Source of the DNA: Cupriavidus necator
Lineage (GTDB): Bacteria; Pseudomonadota; Gammaproteobacteria; Burkholderiales; Burkholderiaceae
DNA length: 32,000 nucleotides
Assembly (NCBI RefSeq): GCF_016127575.1
Contig: NZ_CP066019.1
Span: forward strand, 630,001 to 662,000
Direction of reading: 5' to 3'
Positions within the stretch are counted from its first letter, which is position 1. Every line of letters begins with the position of its first letter. Of the stretch, positions 24,105 to 32,000 are shown piece by piece. The notes under the pieces were generated by a model that was not told the origin of the DNA, searched no databases, and saw only the letters and a program-made list of their open reading frames with translations. Position numbers and translations under genes: made by a program.

Positions 24105-25001
24105 ATGTTGGATATCCGTGCGCTTGGCTACATCGTGGTCGAGTCCACCGACCTGGGGCAATGGCGGCGCTATGCCGAACAGGTGCTGGGCATGACCTGT
24201 TCCGGCGCCCCCGGCGGTGCGCTGTACCTGAAGATGGATGAGCGCGATTACCGCTACCTGGTGGTGCCGGGCGCGCGCGACCGCTACCTGGCATCGGGCT
24301 GGGAGCTTGCCGACGAGCCGGCCTACCGCCATGCGCTCGACACGCTGCGCCAGGCGAACGTTGAGGTCGTGCACGCCAGCGCCGCGGAACTGGCACAGCG
24401 CCGCGTGCAGGCCATGGCCTGGTTTGCCGATCCCTCGGGCAACCGCCATGAGATCTCCTGGGGCATGCGCTCGGACTTCCTGCGCTTTATCTCGCCGGTG
24501 GGCGTGCCGCGCTTCGTCACTGACCCGATGGGGGCGGGCCATGCGGTCCTGCCCGCGCCGGCCTTCGACGAGACCTATGCCTTCCTGTGCGAGGTGATGG
24601 GTTTCGGTTTGTCCGACATCTTCCGCGTGCGCTTTACCAATGACCCGGCCGAATCGGAAAAGCGCATCCACTTCCTGCATTGCGGCAACGCCCGCCACCA
24701 CAGCCTGGCGATCTTCGAGATGCCGTCGGAAGCGGGCTGCATCCACGTGATGGCCGAGGTTCCGGACATGGCCGAGGTGGGCCGCGCGCTGGACCGCGCG
24801 CAGCAGCACGGCGTGAAGCTCTCGGCCACGCTGGGCCAGCACTGCAATGACCGCATGACTTCCTTCTACATGAAGACCCCCGGCGGCTTCGACCTCGAGT
24901 TCGGCCACGGCGGCCTGGAGGTGGACTGGAGCCACCACGCCGCCTACGAGGCCACGCGCGTCAGCCTGTGGGGACACGACTTCAGCATCGGATACCGCTA
25001 A
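24105..25001 (+). CDS. hsaC: type I extradiol ring-cleavage dioxygenase (VOC superfamily; HsaC/TesB/BphC-like)
   Basis: Start at MLDIRALGYIVVES (24105), with RBS GAGGAGA. 298 aa, two-domain. Candidate Fe ligands are in HAVL, HFLHCGNARHHSLA and FYMKTPGGFDLEFG. Confidence 0.85.
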   Translation: MLDIRALGYIVVESTDLGQWRRYAEQVLGMTCSGAPGGALYLKMDERDYRYLVVPGARDRYLASGWELADEPAYRHALDTLRQANVEVVHASAAELAQRRVQAMAWFADPSGNRHEISWGMRSDFLRFISPVGVPRFVTDPMGAGHAVLPAPAFDETYAFLCEVMGFGLSDIFRVRFTNDPAESEKRIHFLHCGNARHHSLAIFEMPSEAGCIHVMAEVPDMAEVGRALDRAQQHGVKLSATLGQHCNDRMTSFYMKTPGGFDLEFGHGGLEVDWSHHAAYEATRVSLWGHDFSIGYR

Positions 25002-25008
25002 ACACATC

Positions 25009-25899
25009 ATGACCAAGACAATCGACAAGATCATGAGCGCGGCCGACGTGGTCGGCCAGCTCGCCGACGGCATGACCATCGGCATCGGTGGGTGGGGCCC
25101 GCGCCGCAAGCCGATGGCGCTGGTGCGCGAGATCCTGCGCTCGCCGCTGAAGGACCTGACCGTGGTCGCCTACGGCGGCCCCGAGGTGGGCATGCTGTGC
25201 GCGGCCGGCAAGGTGCGCCGGCTGGTGTTCGGCTTCGTCTCGCTCGACGTGATTCCGCTCGAGCCCTACTTCCGCCAGGCGCGCGAGCGCGGCGTGCTGG
25301 AAGTGATGGAGCTTGACGAAGGCATGCTGCAGCTGGGCCTGCGCGCCGCGGCCGCGCGCCTGCCGTTCCTGCCGACGCGCGCCGCGCTGGGCACCGACGT
25401 GCTGGACATGAACCCCCAGCTGAGGACGGTGCGTTCGCCCTATGCCGATGGCGAAGTGCTGTTGGCGATGCCGGCGATCGAGCTCGATGCCGCGCTGCTG
25501 CACGTGAACGACAGCGATGTGCTCGGCAACACCCGCATCGACGGGCCCGATCCGTTCTTCGATGAATGGTTCGCACGCGCCGCGCACCGCTGCTATGTGA
25601 GCTGCGAAGCGCTGCACCTGCGCCTGGAGGATGAAGACCTGGCGCGCGCGCGCAACAACGCCTTCGAGCGCTCGCTGGTAAGCGGCGTGGTGCACGCACC
25701 CGGCGGCGCCCATCCCACTTCCTGCGCGCCGGCCTACGGCTGGGACCTGCCCGCGCTGAAGGCGTACTGCGCCGGCGCCGAGGCCGAGGACGGCTTCCGT
25801 GCCTACCGCGACGAGGTGGTGGGCGCGAGCGAAGCGGCCTACCTGGAGCGCATCGGCGGCCTTGGCCACGTGCACGACCTGCCGCTGCCGGTACTTTGA
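25009..25899 (+). CDS. ipdA: CoA-transferase family subunit A (IpdA/ScdL1-like)
   Basis: 296 aa. The stretch GMTIGIGGWGPRRKPMALVREILRSPLKDLTVVAYGGPEVGMLCAAGKVRRLVFGFVSLD closely resembles Mtb IpdA as recalled. Confidence 0.85.
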   Translation: MTKTIDKIMSAADVVGQLADGMTIGIGGWGPRRKPMALVREILRSPLKDLTVVAYGGPEVGMLCAAGKVRRLVFGFVSLDVIPLEPYFRQARERGVLEVMELDEGMLQLGLRAAAARLPFLPTRAALGTDVLDMNPQLRTVRSPYADGEVLLAMPAIELDAALLHVNDSDVLGNTRIDGPDPFFDEWFARAAHRCYVSCEALHLRLEDEDLARARNNAFERSLVSGVVHAPGGAHPTSCAPAYGWDLPALKAYCAGAEAEDGFRAYRDEVVGASEAAYLERIGGLGHVHDLPLPVL

Positions 25900-25922
25900 A
25901 CCCGCCAACCCAAGGAGCGACC

Positions 25923-26723
25923 GTGAGCGCCACTTATGAATTCACCCGCGCCGAGCTGATGATTGCCGCCGCCGCCCGCGAATGGCGCGACGACGGCGAG
26001 GTGCTGGCCACCGGCATCGGCACCGGCCCGCGCATCGCCGCCAGCCTGGCGCGGCTTGCGCACAACCCGGGCCTGCTGCTGACCGACGGCGAGGCCTACC
26101 TGGTGGAAACGCCGGTGCCGCTGGGCCCGCGCGAGCCCGGCTACAAGGTGCGCGCCAGCGGCTGGATGGGCTACTCGCGCGTGTTCGACTGCCTGTGGGG
26201 CGGGCGGCGCCATGCGCTGGTGATGCCGACACAGATCGACCGCTTCGGCCAGGCCAATATTTCCTGCCTGGGCGGCACCCATGCGCAGCCCAGGACCCAG
26301 CTGCTGGGCGCGCGCGGCTTTCCCGGCAACAGCATCCACCACGCCAATTCCTTCTTCGTGCCGGCGCACAGCACGCGCGCGTTCGTCGCCGGTGAAGTCG
26401 ACATGGTCTGCAGCGCCGGCTACAACCCGGCCCGCCGGCTGGAGGGCATGCGCAGCTTCGTTGACCTGCGCGTGATTGTCACCGACCTGTGCGTGATGGA
26501 TTTCGGGGGGGCTGACCATGCCATCCGCGTGCGCTCGCTGCACCCGGGGGCGAGCTTCGACCAGGTACAGGCGGCCACCGGCTTTGCGCTGGCGAACACG
26601 CCCGGCGAGGCCCTGCCGGAGACGGCGCCGCCGACACCGGAAGAGCTGCGGCTGATCGCCCAGCTTGATCCGCACAACCTGCGCGCGGCCATCGTGCGCG
26701 GCAATCCTTCCGGACGCGTGTGA
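25923..26723 (+). CDS. ipdB: CoA-transferase family subunit B (IpdB/ScdL2-like)
   Basis: I preferred GTG 25923, with AGGAG 5 nt upstream, over the track start TTG 25896. 266 aa. It sits immediately downstream of subunit A. Confidence 0.8.
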   Translation: MSATYEFTRAELMIAAAAREWRDDGEVLATGIGTGPRIAASLARLAHNPGLLLTDGEAYLVETPVPLGPREPGYKVRASGWMGYSRVFDCLWGGRRHALVMPTQIDRFGQANISCLGGTHAQPRTQLLGARGFPGNSIHHANSFFVPAHSTRAFVAGEVDMVCSAGYNPARRLEGMRSFVDLRVIVTDLCVMDFGGADHAIRVRSLHPGASFDQVQAATGFALANTPGEALPETAPPTPEELRLIAQLDPHNLRAAIVRGNPSGRV

Positions 26724-26730
26724 GGCCGAC

Positions 26731-27618
26731 ATGACAACGCCAGCTACCGAAGCCATCAGCCTTGGCCCCAATGCCGAGGTGCTCTACCAGGTCGCGGACG
26801 GCATTGCCACCGTGACCATGAACCGGCCGCAGTTCCACAACGCGCAGAACTCAAAGATGACCTACGCGCTGGACGAGGCCTACCGGCGCGCCGCCGCGGA
26901 CGACGCGGTCAAGGTGATCGTGCTGCGCGGTGCTGGCAAGCATTTCTCGGCCGGGCACGACATCGGCACGCCGGGGCGCGACATCAACGAGTCGTTCGAG
27001 CGTGCCTCGCTCTGGTATGACCATGTCAACAAGCCGGGCGGCGAGTTTCTCTATGCCCGCGAGCAGGAGGTCTACCTGGGCATGTGCCGGCGCTGGCGCG
27101 AGCTGCCCAAGCCGACCATCGCCATGGTGCATGGCGCCTGCATCGCCGGCGGGTTGATGCTGGCATGGGTATGCGACCTGATCGTGGCGTCGGACGATGC
27201 CTTCTTTGCCGATCCGGTGGTGCGCATGGGCATTCCCGGCGTCGAGTACTTCGCGCATCCCTACGAGCTGCATCCGCGCATCGCCAAGGAGTTCCTGTTC
27301 CTGGGCGAGCGCATGGGCGCCGAACGCGCCGAGCGCATGGGCATGGTCAACCGCGTGGTGCCGCGCGACGCGCTGGAAGACACCGTCTACGGCATGGCCG
27401 CCAAGGTCGCGCAGATGCCGCGGCTGGGCCTGACGCTGACCAAGCAGGCGGTCAACCATGTGGAAGACCTGCAGGGCAAGCGCACCGCGATGGATGCGGT
27501 GTTTGCCTGGCACCACTTCGCCCATGCGCACAACGAGCTGGTCAGCGGCGACAAGCTCGGCGGCTATGACGCGCGCGCCATGGCCGCTTCGCAACGCACC
27601 GGCGAGGACAAGGCATGA
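26731..27618 (+). CDS. enoyl-CoA hydratase/isomerase family protein (EchA20-like)
   Basis: Start at MTTPATEAIS (26731). 295 aa. Crotonase signature VIVLRGAGKHFSAGHDI and HGACIAGG. Confidence 0.82.
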   Translation: MTTPATEAISLGPNAEVLYQVADGIATVTMNRPQFHNAQNSKMTYALDEAYRRAAADDAVKVIVLRGAGKHFSAGHDIGTPGRDINESFERASLWYDHVNKPGGEFLYAREQEVYLGMCRRWRELPKPTIAMVHGACIAGGLMLAWVCDLIVASDDAFFADPVVRMGIPGVEYFAHPYELHPRIAKEFLFLGERMGAERAERMGMVNRVVPRDALEDTVYGMAAKVAQMPRLGLTLTKQAVNHVEDLQGKRTAMDAVFAWHHFAHAHNELVSGDKLGGYDARAMAASQRTGEDKA

Positions 27619-28697
27619 GCCCCGCGAGCCTGCACACCGTGCTGTGCGACCTGCTGGGCTGCCGCTACCCCATCGTGCAGACGGCGATGGGCTGGGTGGC
27701 GGATGCGAAGCTGGTCGCGGCCAGCGGCAATGCCGGGGCCTTCGGCTTCCTGGCCGGCGCCACCATTGCGCCCGGCGAGGTCGAGCGCGAGATCCTGCGC
27801 GTGAAGGCGCTCAGCGACCGGCCCTTCGGCATCAACTTCCACATGTTCCAGCCCAACGCGGATGAAGTGATCGAGATGGCGATCCGCCACCGGCTGCGCG
27901 CCGTCAGCTACGGGCGTGGCCCGGACGCGAAGATGATCGGCAAGCTCAAGGCGGCCGGCGTGGTCTGCATGCCGACCGTGGGCGCGGCCAAGCATGCGGC
28001 CAAGGCCGTGGAACTGGGTGCGGACGTGGTCACCGTGCAGGGCGGCGAGGGCGGCGGCCATACCGGCGGCACGCCGACCACGCTGCTGCTGCCGCAGGTG
28101 CTGGACAGCGTGAGCGTGCCGGTGGTGGCCGCCGGCGGCTTCTTCGACGGCCGCGGACTGGCCGCGGCACTGGCCTACGGCGCGGCCGGCGTGGCCATGG
28201 GCACGCGCTTCCTGATGTCGGCCGAATCGCCGGTGCCGGCGCCAACGCTGGAGCGCTACGTCAAGGTGCGCGACCCGGCCAGCATCCGCGTGTCGCTGGC
28301 CATTGACGGCCTGCCGCAGCGAATGATCGACAACGACCTGCTGCTGGCGCTGGAGAAGGCCGGTCCGCTGCGGCGCACCTGGCTGGCGCTGGCGGCCGCG
28401 CGCAAGTGGCAGGCGCGTACCGGCATGCGCAGCGCGCAGATGCTGGCCACCGCCTGGCGCGCGATGCGCGAGCAGGACTACAGCGCCGCCCAGACCCTGA
28501 TGGCCGCCAACGCGCCGGTGCTGATCCAGCGCGCGATGGTCGAGGGATGCCCCGATGAAGGCGTGCTGCCCAGCGGCCAGGCCGCCGCGGCGATCCGGGC
28601 CATCGAATCCTGCGAGCAGATCGTGGCCGGCATGGCCGCGCAGGCACAGGCGCGCCTGGCGGCGCTGGCTGGCGCCGGACTGGCTGCAGCGGCCTGA
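27615..28697 (+). CDS. nitronate monooxygenase (NMO) family FMN enzyme; IpdC-like enoyl reductase candidate
   Basis: The ATGA overlap with the upstream stop sets the start. 360 aa. It has PIVQTAMGWV, VTVQGGEGGGHTG and AAGGFFDGRGLAAALAYGAAGVAMGTRF. Confidence 0.85.
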   Translation: MSPASLHTVLCDLLGCRYPIVQTAMGWVADAKLVAASGNAGAFGFLAGATIAPGEVEREILRVKALSDRPFGINFHMFQPNADEVIEMAIRHRLRAVSYGRGPDAKMIGKLKAAGVVCMPTVGAAKHAAKAVELGADVVTVQGGEGGGHTGGTPTTLLLPQVLDSVSVPVVAAGGFFDGRGLAAALAYGAAGVAMGTRFLMSAESPVPAPTLERYVKVRDPASIRVSLAIDGLPQRMIDNDLLLALEKAGPLRRTWLALAAARKWQARTGMRSAQMLATAWRAMREQDYSAAQTLMAANAPVLIQRAMVEGCPDEGVLPSGQAAAAIRAIESCEQIVAGMAAQAQARLAALAGAGLAAAA

Positions 28698-28716
28698 CCC
28701 ACAGACAGAGGAAACC

Positions 28717-29508
28717 ATGCAAACGAACAAAAAGACCGGGCCGTTCCGCATCGACACCGCCGATGGCATCGCCGAACTGGTGATCGACCATGCGCCAGTC
28801 AATGCGCTCGACTGCGCCGGCTGGCATGCGCTGGCCGCCGCGATCGACCAGCTGGGCACCGATCCCGCCGTGCGCGTGATCGTGCTGCGCGGCGAAGGCC
28901 GCGGCTTCTGCGCCGGCGTCGACATCAAGGAGCTGGCCGCGCACCCGCAGCGCATCGTCGATGTCAACGCCGGTAACTACGCCACCTTCCGCGCCGTGCA
29001 CCGCAATCCCAAGCCGGTCATCGTGGCCGTGCACGGCTTCGTGCTGGGCGGCGGCATCGGCATCTGCGGCGCGGCCGACATCATCGTGGCCGCAGATTGT
29101 GCGCGCTTTGGCGTGCCGGAGATCGACCGCGGCGCCATGGGCGGCGGCGCCCACCTGCAGCGCATGTTCGGCGTGCAGAAGGTCAGGGCGATGTACTTCA
29201 CCGGCGAGATGATCGATGCCGCCGAGGCGTACCGGCTGGGCGCGGTCGAGCGCGTGGTGCCGCGCGCAGAGTTGCGCGAGGCCGCCATGACGCTGGCCCG
29301 CCAGATCGCCGCCAAGAGCCCGGCCATGCTGCAGCTGGCCAAGGAAGCGCTCAACGGCGTGGAAGACGGCAACTTGGAGGACAAATACCGCTGGGAACAG
29401 GGCTTCACGCTGCAGGCCTACATGAGCGCCGATTCCGGCGAGGCGCGCGCCGCCTTTGTCGAAGGCCGCGAAGCCCGCTTTGCGCAGGGAGAGCGCGATG
29501 CAGCTTGA
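28717..29508 (+). CDS. enoyl-CoA hydratase/isomerase family protein
   Basis: Start at MQTNKKTGPF (28717), with RBS AGAGGAAA. 263 aa. It has VIVLRGEGRGFCAGVDIKE and HGFVLGGG. Confidence 0.82.
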   Translation: MQTNKKTGPFRIDTADGIAELVIDHAPVNALDCAGWHALAAAIDQLGTDPAVRVIVLRGEGRGFCAGVDIKELAAHPQRIVDVNAGNYATFRAVHRNPKPVIVAVHGFVLGGGIGICGAADIIVAADCARFGVPEIDRGAMGGGAHLQRMFGVQKVRAMYFTGEMIDAAEAYRLGAVERVVPRAELREAAMTLARQIAAKSPAMLQLAKEALNGVEDGNLEDKYRWEQGFTLQAYMSADSGEARAAFVEGREARFAQGERDAA

Positions 29509-30664
29509 ATACACCGACGCCCAGCGCGCCTTCCGCGCCGAGGTGCGCGACTGGATGGCCGCGCACGTGCCGCGCACGCCGCTGGCGAGCTTCGATACCG
29601 AAGCGGGCTTCGCCCAGCACCGCGCGTGGGAGGCCACGCTCAACCAGGGCCGCTGGAGCATGGTCACGTGGCCGGCCGAGCTGGGCGGGCGCGGCTGCGA
29701 CCTGATCGAGTGGCTGATCTTCGAGGAGGAGTACTGGCGTGCCGGCGCGCCGATGCGCGTCAACCAGAACGGCATCTTCCTGCTCGGGCCCACGCTGATG
29801 GAATTCGGCACCGAGGCGCAGAAGGCGCGCTTCCTGCCGCGCATGGCCTCGGGCGAGCATGTCTGGGCGCAGGGCTGGTCCGAGCCGAGCGCAGGCTCGG
29901 ACATGGCCGCGATCCGCTGCAGCGCGATCCGGCAGGGCGATGACTATGTGATCAACGGCCAGAAGATCTGGTCGACGCGGGCGGTGTGGGCGGACTGGCT
30001 GTTCGGCCTGTTCCGCACCGACCCGGCCTCGACCCGACACCATGGCCTGACCTTCATCCTGATGCCGCTGGACACGCCCGGCATCATCGTGCGCCCGATC
30101 CGCCAGCTCAACGGCCAGACCGGCTTTGCCGAGATCTTCTTCGACGACGTGCGCGTGCCGGTGGAAAACCGCCTGGCCGCAGAAGGCGCCGGCTGGCAGG
30201 TGGCCATGGCCACCGCCGGCTTCGAACGCGGCCTGATGCTGCGCTCGCCGGCGCGCTTCCAGGAAACCGCGCGCGCGCTGGTCAGGCTGTACCAGGCCAA
30301 CCGCGAGGCGGCGGACCGCGACCCGTCGCTGCGCGAGGCGGTGCTGCGCGCCTGGATGGACGCCGAGGCCTACACGCTGTCCACCTACGCCACCGCGAGC
30401 CGCCTGGTGCGCGGCGGCCATATCGGCGCGGAGTCGAGCACGAACAAGGTGTTCTGGTCCGAGCTGGACATCCATATGCACGATACCGCGCTGGCCATCC
30501 TGGGGCAGTCCGCAGAGGTCGCGCCCGACGGCCAGCCGCCGGGTTCGCTCGGCCACTGGCTGGATGGCTTCCTGTTCTCGCAGGCCGGGCCGATCTATGC
30601 CGGCACCAACGAGATCCAGCGCAATATCGTCGCCGAGCGCCTGCTCGGCATGCCGCGCGCATGA
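29498..30664 (+). CDS. acyl-CoA dehydrogenase family protein (first of an adjacent pair)
   Basis: Start at MQLEYTDAQRAF (29498), with RBS GGGAGAG and an 11-nt overlap with the upstream gene. 388 aa. It has GWSEPSAGSD and IYAGTNEIQRNIVAERLLG. Confidence 0.85.
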   Translation: MQLEYTDAQRAFRAEVRDWMAAHVPRTPLASFDTEAGFAQHRAWEATLNQGRWSMVTWPAELGGRGCDLIEWLIFEEEYWRAGAPMRVNQNGIFLLGPTLMEFGTEAQKARFLPRMASGEHVWAQGWSEPSAGSDMAAIRCSAIRQGDDYVINGQKIWSTRAVWADWLFGLFRTDPASTRHHGLTFILMPLDTPGIIVRPIRQLNGQTGFAEIFFDDVRVPVENRLAAEGAGWQVAMATAGFERGLMLRSPARFQETARALVRLYQANREAADRDPSLREAVLRAWMDAEAYTLSTYATASRLVRGGHIGAESSTNKVFWSELDIHMHDTALAILGQSAEVAPDGQPPGSLGHWLDGFLFSQAGPIYAGTNEIQRNIVAERLLGMPRA

Positions 30665-30684
30665 CGGCACCCGGGGAAAACACC

Positions 30685-31752
30685 ATGGATTTCGCATTGA
30701 CCGAAGAGCAGGAGCAGTTTGCCGAGGCGATCCGGCGCTTCCTGATGACCGAGATGACGCCCGAACTGACGCGCGAGCTGTGGGCCACCGAGTCTGGCCG
30801 CTCCGACGCGCTGTGGCGCCAGCTTGCCAACCAGGGCCTGACCGCGGTGATGGTGCCGCAGGAGCAGGGCGGACTGGGGCTGGGCGAGGTCGAATGGGCG
30901 CCGCTGGCGCAGGCCTGCGGCTACTTTGCGCTGCCCGAGCCTTTGCTGGACACTGCGCTGGTCGCGGCCGGGCTGCTGCGCGATGCGCTCGCGGCGGCGC
31001 CGAACGCCTCGGCGCACGAACGCTGCGCCACGCTGCTGGAGCGCATCGCCGCCGGCGATGCCCGCGTGGCGGTGGCGCATCCGCAAGAGCGGCTGGTGGC
31101 CGACGCCCATGTCGCCGACGCGATCCTGTGCGCGCACGAAGGTGCCGTGCACCTGCTGCGGCCCGACCAGGCCGTGCTGACGGCGCGCACCGGGCTCGAT
31201 CCTTCGCGCCGCCTGTTCGAGCTGGCGTGGACGCCGGCCGCGGAGTCCGAACTGATCCCGTCCGGTAGTGGCCTGTGGAGCAGCGCGCTGAACCGCGGCG
31301 CGCTTGGCGTGGCCGCGCAGCAGCTGGGCCTGACCCAGCGCATGCTGGACCTGGCGATCGACTACAGCGCGCAGCGCAAGCAGTTCGGCAAGGCCATCGG
31401 CGCCTACCAGGCGGTCAAGCACCTGCTGGCCGACGTGGCGATCCAGCTCGAGTTCGCCCGGCCGGTGCTGCTGCGCGCCGCCGCCGCGCTGGCGCACGGC
31501 CTGCCCGATGCGGGCCTGCATGTCTCGCACGCCCGCGTGGCCGCCGCGCGCTGCGCGTGGAGCGCGGCGCGCCAGGCGATCCAGGTGCATGGCGCAATGG
31601 GCTACACCTGGGAGCTGGACCTGCAGATCTTCACCAAGCGCGCCTGGGCCCTGGCGGGAAGCTGGGGCGACCGTGCCTTCCACAAGGCGCGCATGGGCGC
31701 GCACATCCTTGACGGCGTGCATGAGATCGGCGCCGGCGCCACCTTCGCCTGA
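30685..31752 (+). CDS. acyl-CoA dehydrogenase family protein (second of the pair)
   Basis: Start at MDFALTEEQEQF (30685). 355 aa. It has QRKQFGKAIGAYQAVKHLLAD and HGAMGYTWELDLQIF. Confidence 0.82.
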   Translation: MDFALTEEQEQFAEAIRRFLMTEMTPELTRELWATESGRSDALWRQLANQGLTAVMVPQEQGGLGLGEVEWAPLAQACGYFALPEPLLDTALVAAGLLRDALAAAPNASAHERCATLLERIAAGDARVAVAHPQERLVADAHVADAILCAHEGAVHLLRPDQAVLTARTGLDPSRRLFELAWTPAAESELIPSGSGLWSSALNRGALGVAAQQLGLTQRMLDLAIDYSAQRKQFGKAIGAYQAVKHLLADVAIQLEFARPVLLRAAAALAHGLPDAGLHVSHARVAAARCAWSAARQAIQVHGAMGYTWELDLQIFTKRAWALAGSWGDRAFHKARMGAHILDGVHEIGAGATFA

Positions 31753-31772
31753 ATCCAAAGAGAACCAAGACC

Positions 31773-32000
31773 ATGAAAGACGCCTATATCGTTGATGCCC
31801 TGCGCACGCCCACCGGGCGCCGCAAGGGCGGACTGTCGCACATGCACGGCGCCGACCTGGGCGGCTTCGTGCTGGCCGAGCTGGTGCGCCGCAACGGCAT
31901 TCCCGCCGAGGATTATGACGACGTGGTGTTCGGCTGCGTCGACACCATCGGCCCGCTGGCCGGCAATATCGCCCGCAGCGCGTGGCTGGCCGCCGGCCTG
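31773..32000 (+). CDS. thiolase (acetyl-CoA C-acyltransferase family), truncated at the 3' end by the window
   Basis: Not in the ORF track because it runs off the window. ATG 31773 gives MKDAYIVDALRTPTGRRKGGLSHMHGADLGGFVL...GCVDTIGPLAGNIARSAWLAAGL, a typical thiolase N-terminus. Confidence 0.75.
   Translation, partial: MKDAYIVDALRTPTGRRKGGLSHMHGADLGGFVLAELVRRNGIPAEDYDDVVFGCVDTIGPLAGNIARSAWLAAGL

Noticed and set aside
25896-25922. TTG start at 25896 for the IpdB-like gene, overlapping the IpdA stop
   Set aside because: An in-frame GTG at 25923 has a strong AGGAG 5 nt upstream, and the extension (NPPTQGAT) lies over that RBS. The TTG start remains possible but is less likely.
27182-27199. Motif-like sequence TCGTGGCGTCGGACGATG inside the EchA20-like coding region
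   Set aside because: Only the right half is good; the left half matches 4 of 6 positions. It encodes VASDD within a conserved crotonase region and has no downstream gene start. It is most likely a chance match. I did not scan all coding DNA exhaustively, so a PWM scan is needed.
1-32000. Signs that the cluster is a mobile island (integrase, transposase, IS inverted repeats, tRNA attachment site, compositional shift) or contains CRISPR or defence or toxin-antitoxin genes
   Set aside because: None were seen. Composition and codon bias look uniform across the window. No ORF resembles recombinases, Cas proteins or toxins, and the only repeats are the two REP copies and the 18-bp motif.

Overview
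Very GC-rich window (about two-thirds G+C by eye). The codon bias and a REP-like palindrome suggest a Cupriavidus/Ralstonia-type betaproteobacterium, but that is inference. I saw no rRNA, tRNA, CRISPR array, transposase or integrase. Coding density is high, and most long antisense ORFs in the track are high-GC shadow ORFs. The left edge (24-3893) holds a DHH-family protein and a minus-strand operon of an SDR, an HSL-type esterase and a RibBA-like protein whose catalytic motifs look degenerate in both domains. From about 4.0 kb to the window end lies what I read as a 9,10-seco-type steroid-nucleus catabolic cluster. One operon carries an HsaA/TesA1-like oxygenase, KstD/TesH, an HsaB/TesA2 flavin reductase, a second KstD-family flavoprotein (TesI position), a 3beta/17beta-HSD-like SDR, a KshB-like reductase, an acyl-CoA ligase and a BaiE/SnoaL-like protein. 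An accessory block follows with four SDRs, one extended-SDR and a second NTF2-like protein. The last operon carries an unknown protein, an HsaC/TesB-like extradiol dioxygenase, IpdA-IpdB, an EchA20-like hydratase, an IpdC-like reductase, a crotonase, two ACAD subunits and a thiolase truncated at the window end. Two paralogous TeiR/TesR-like LuxR regulators (4290-5474 and 21839-23026) bracket the central part. The most interesting unexplained signal is a recurrent quasi-palindromic 18-bp motif, T[AC]GTC[CT]-N4-[GA]GA[CG]GA-TG. It sits in almost every intergenic or promoter region of the cluster and is oriented with the downstream gene. All homology statements come from reading the translations against remembered family sequences and motifs, and need database confirmation.
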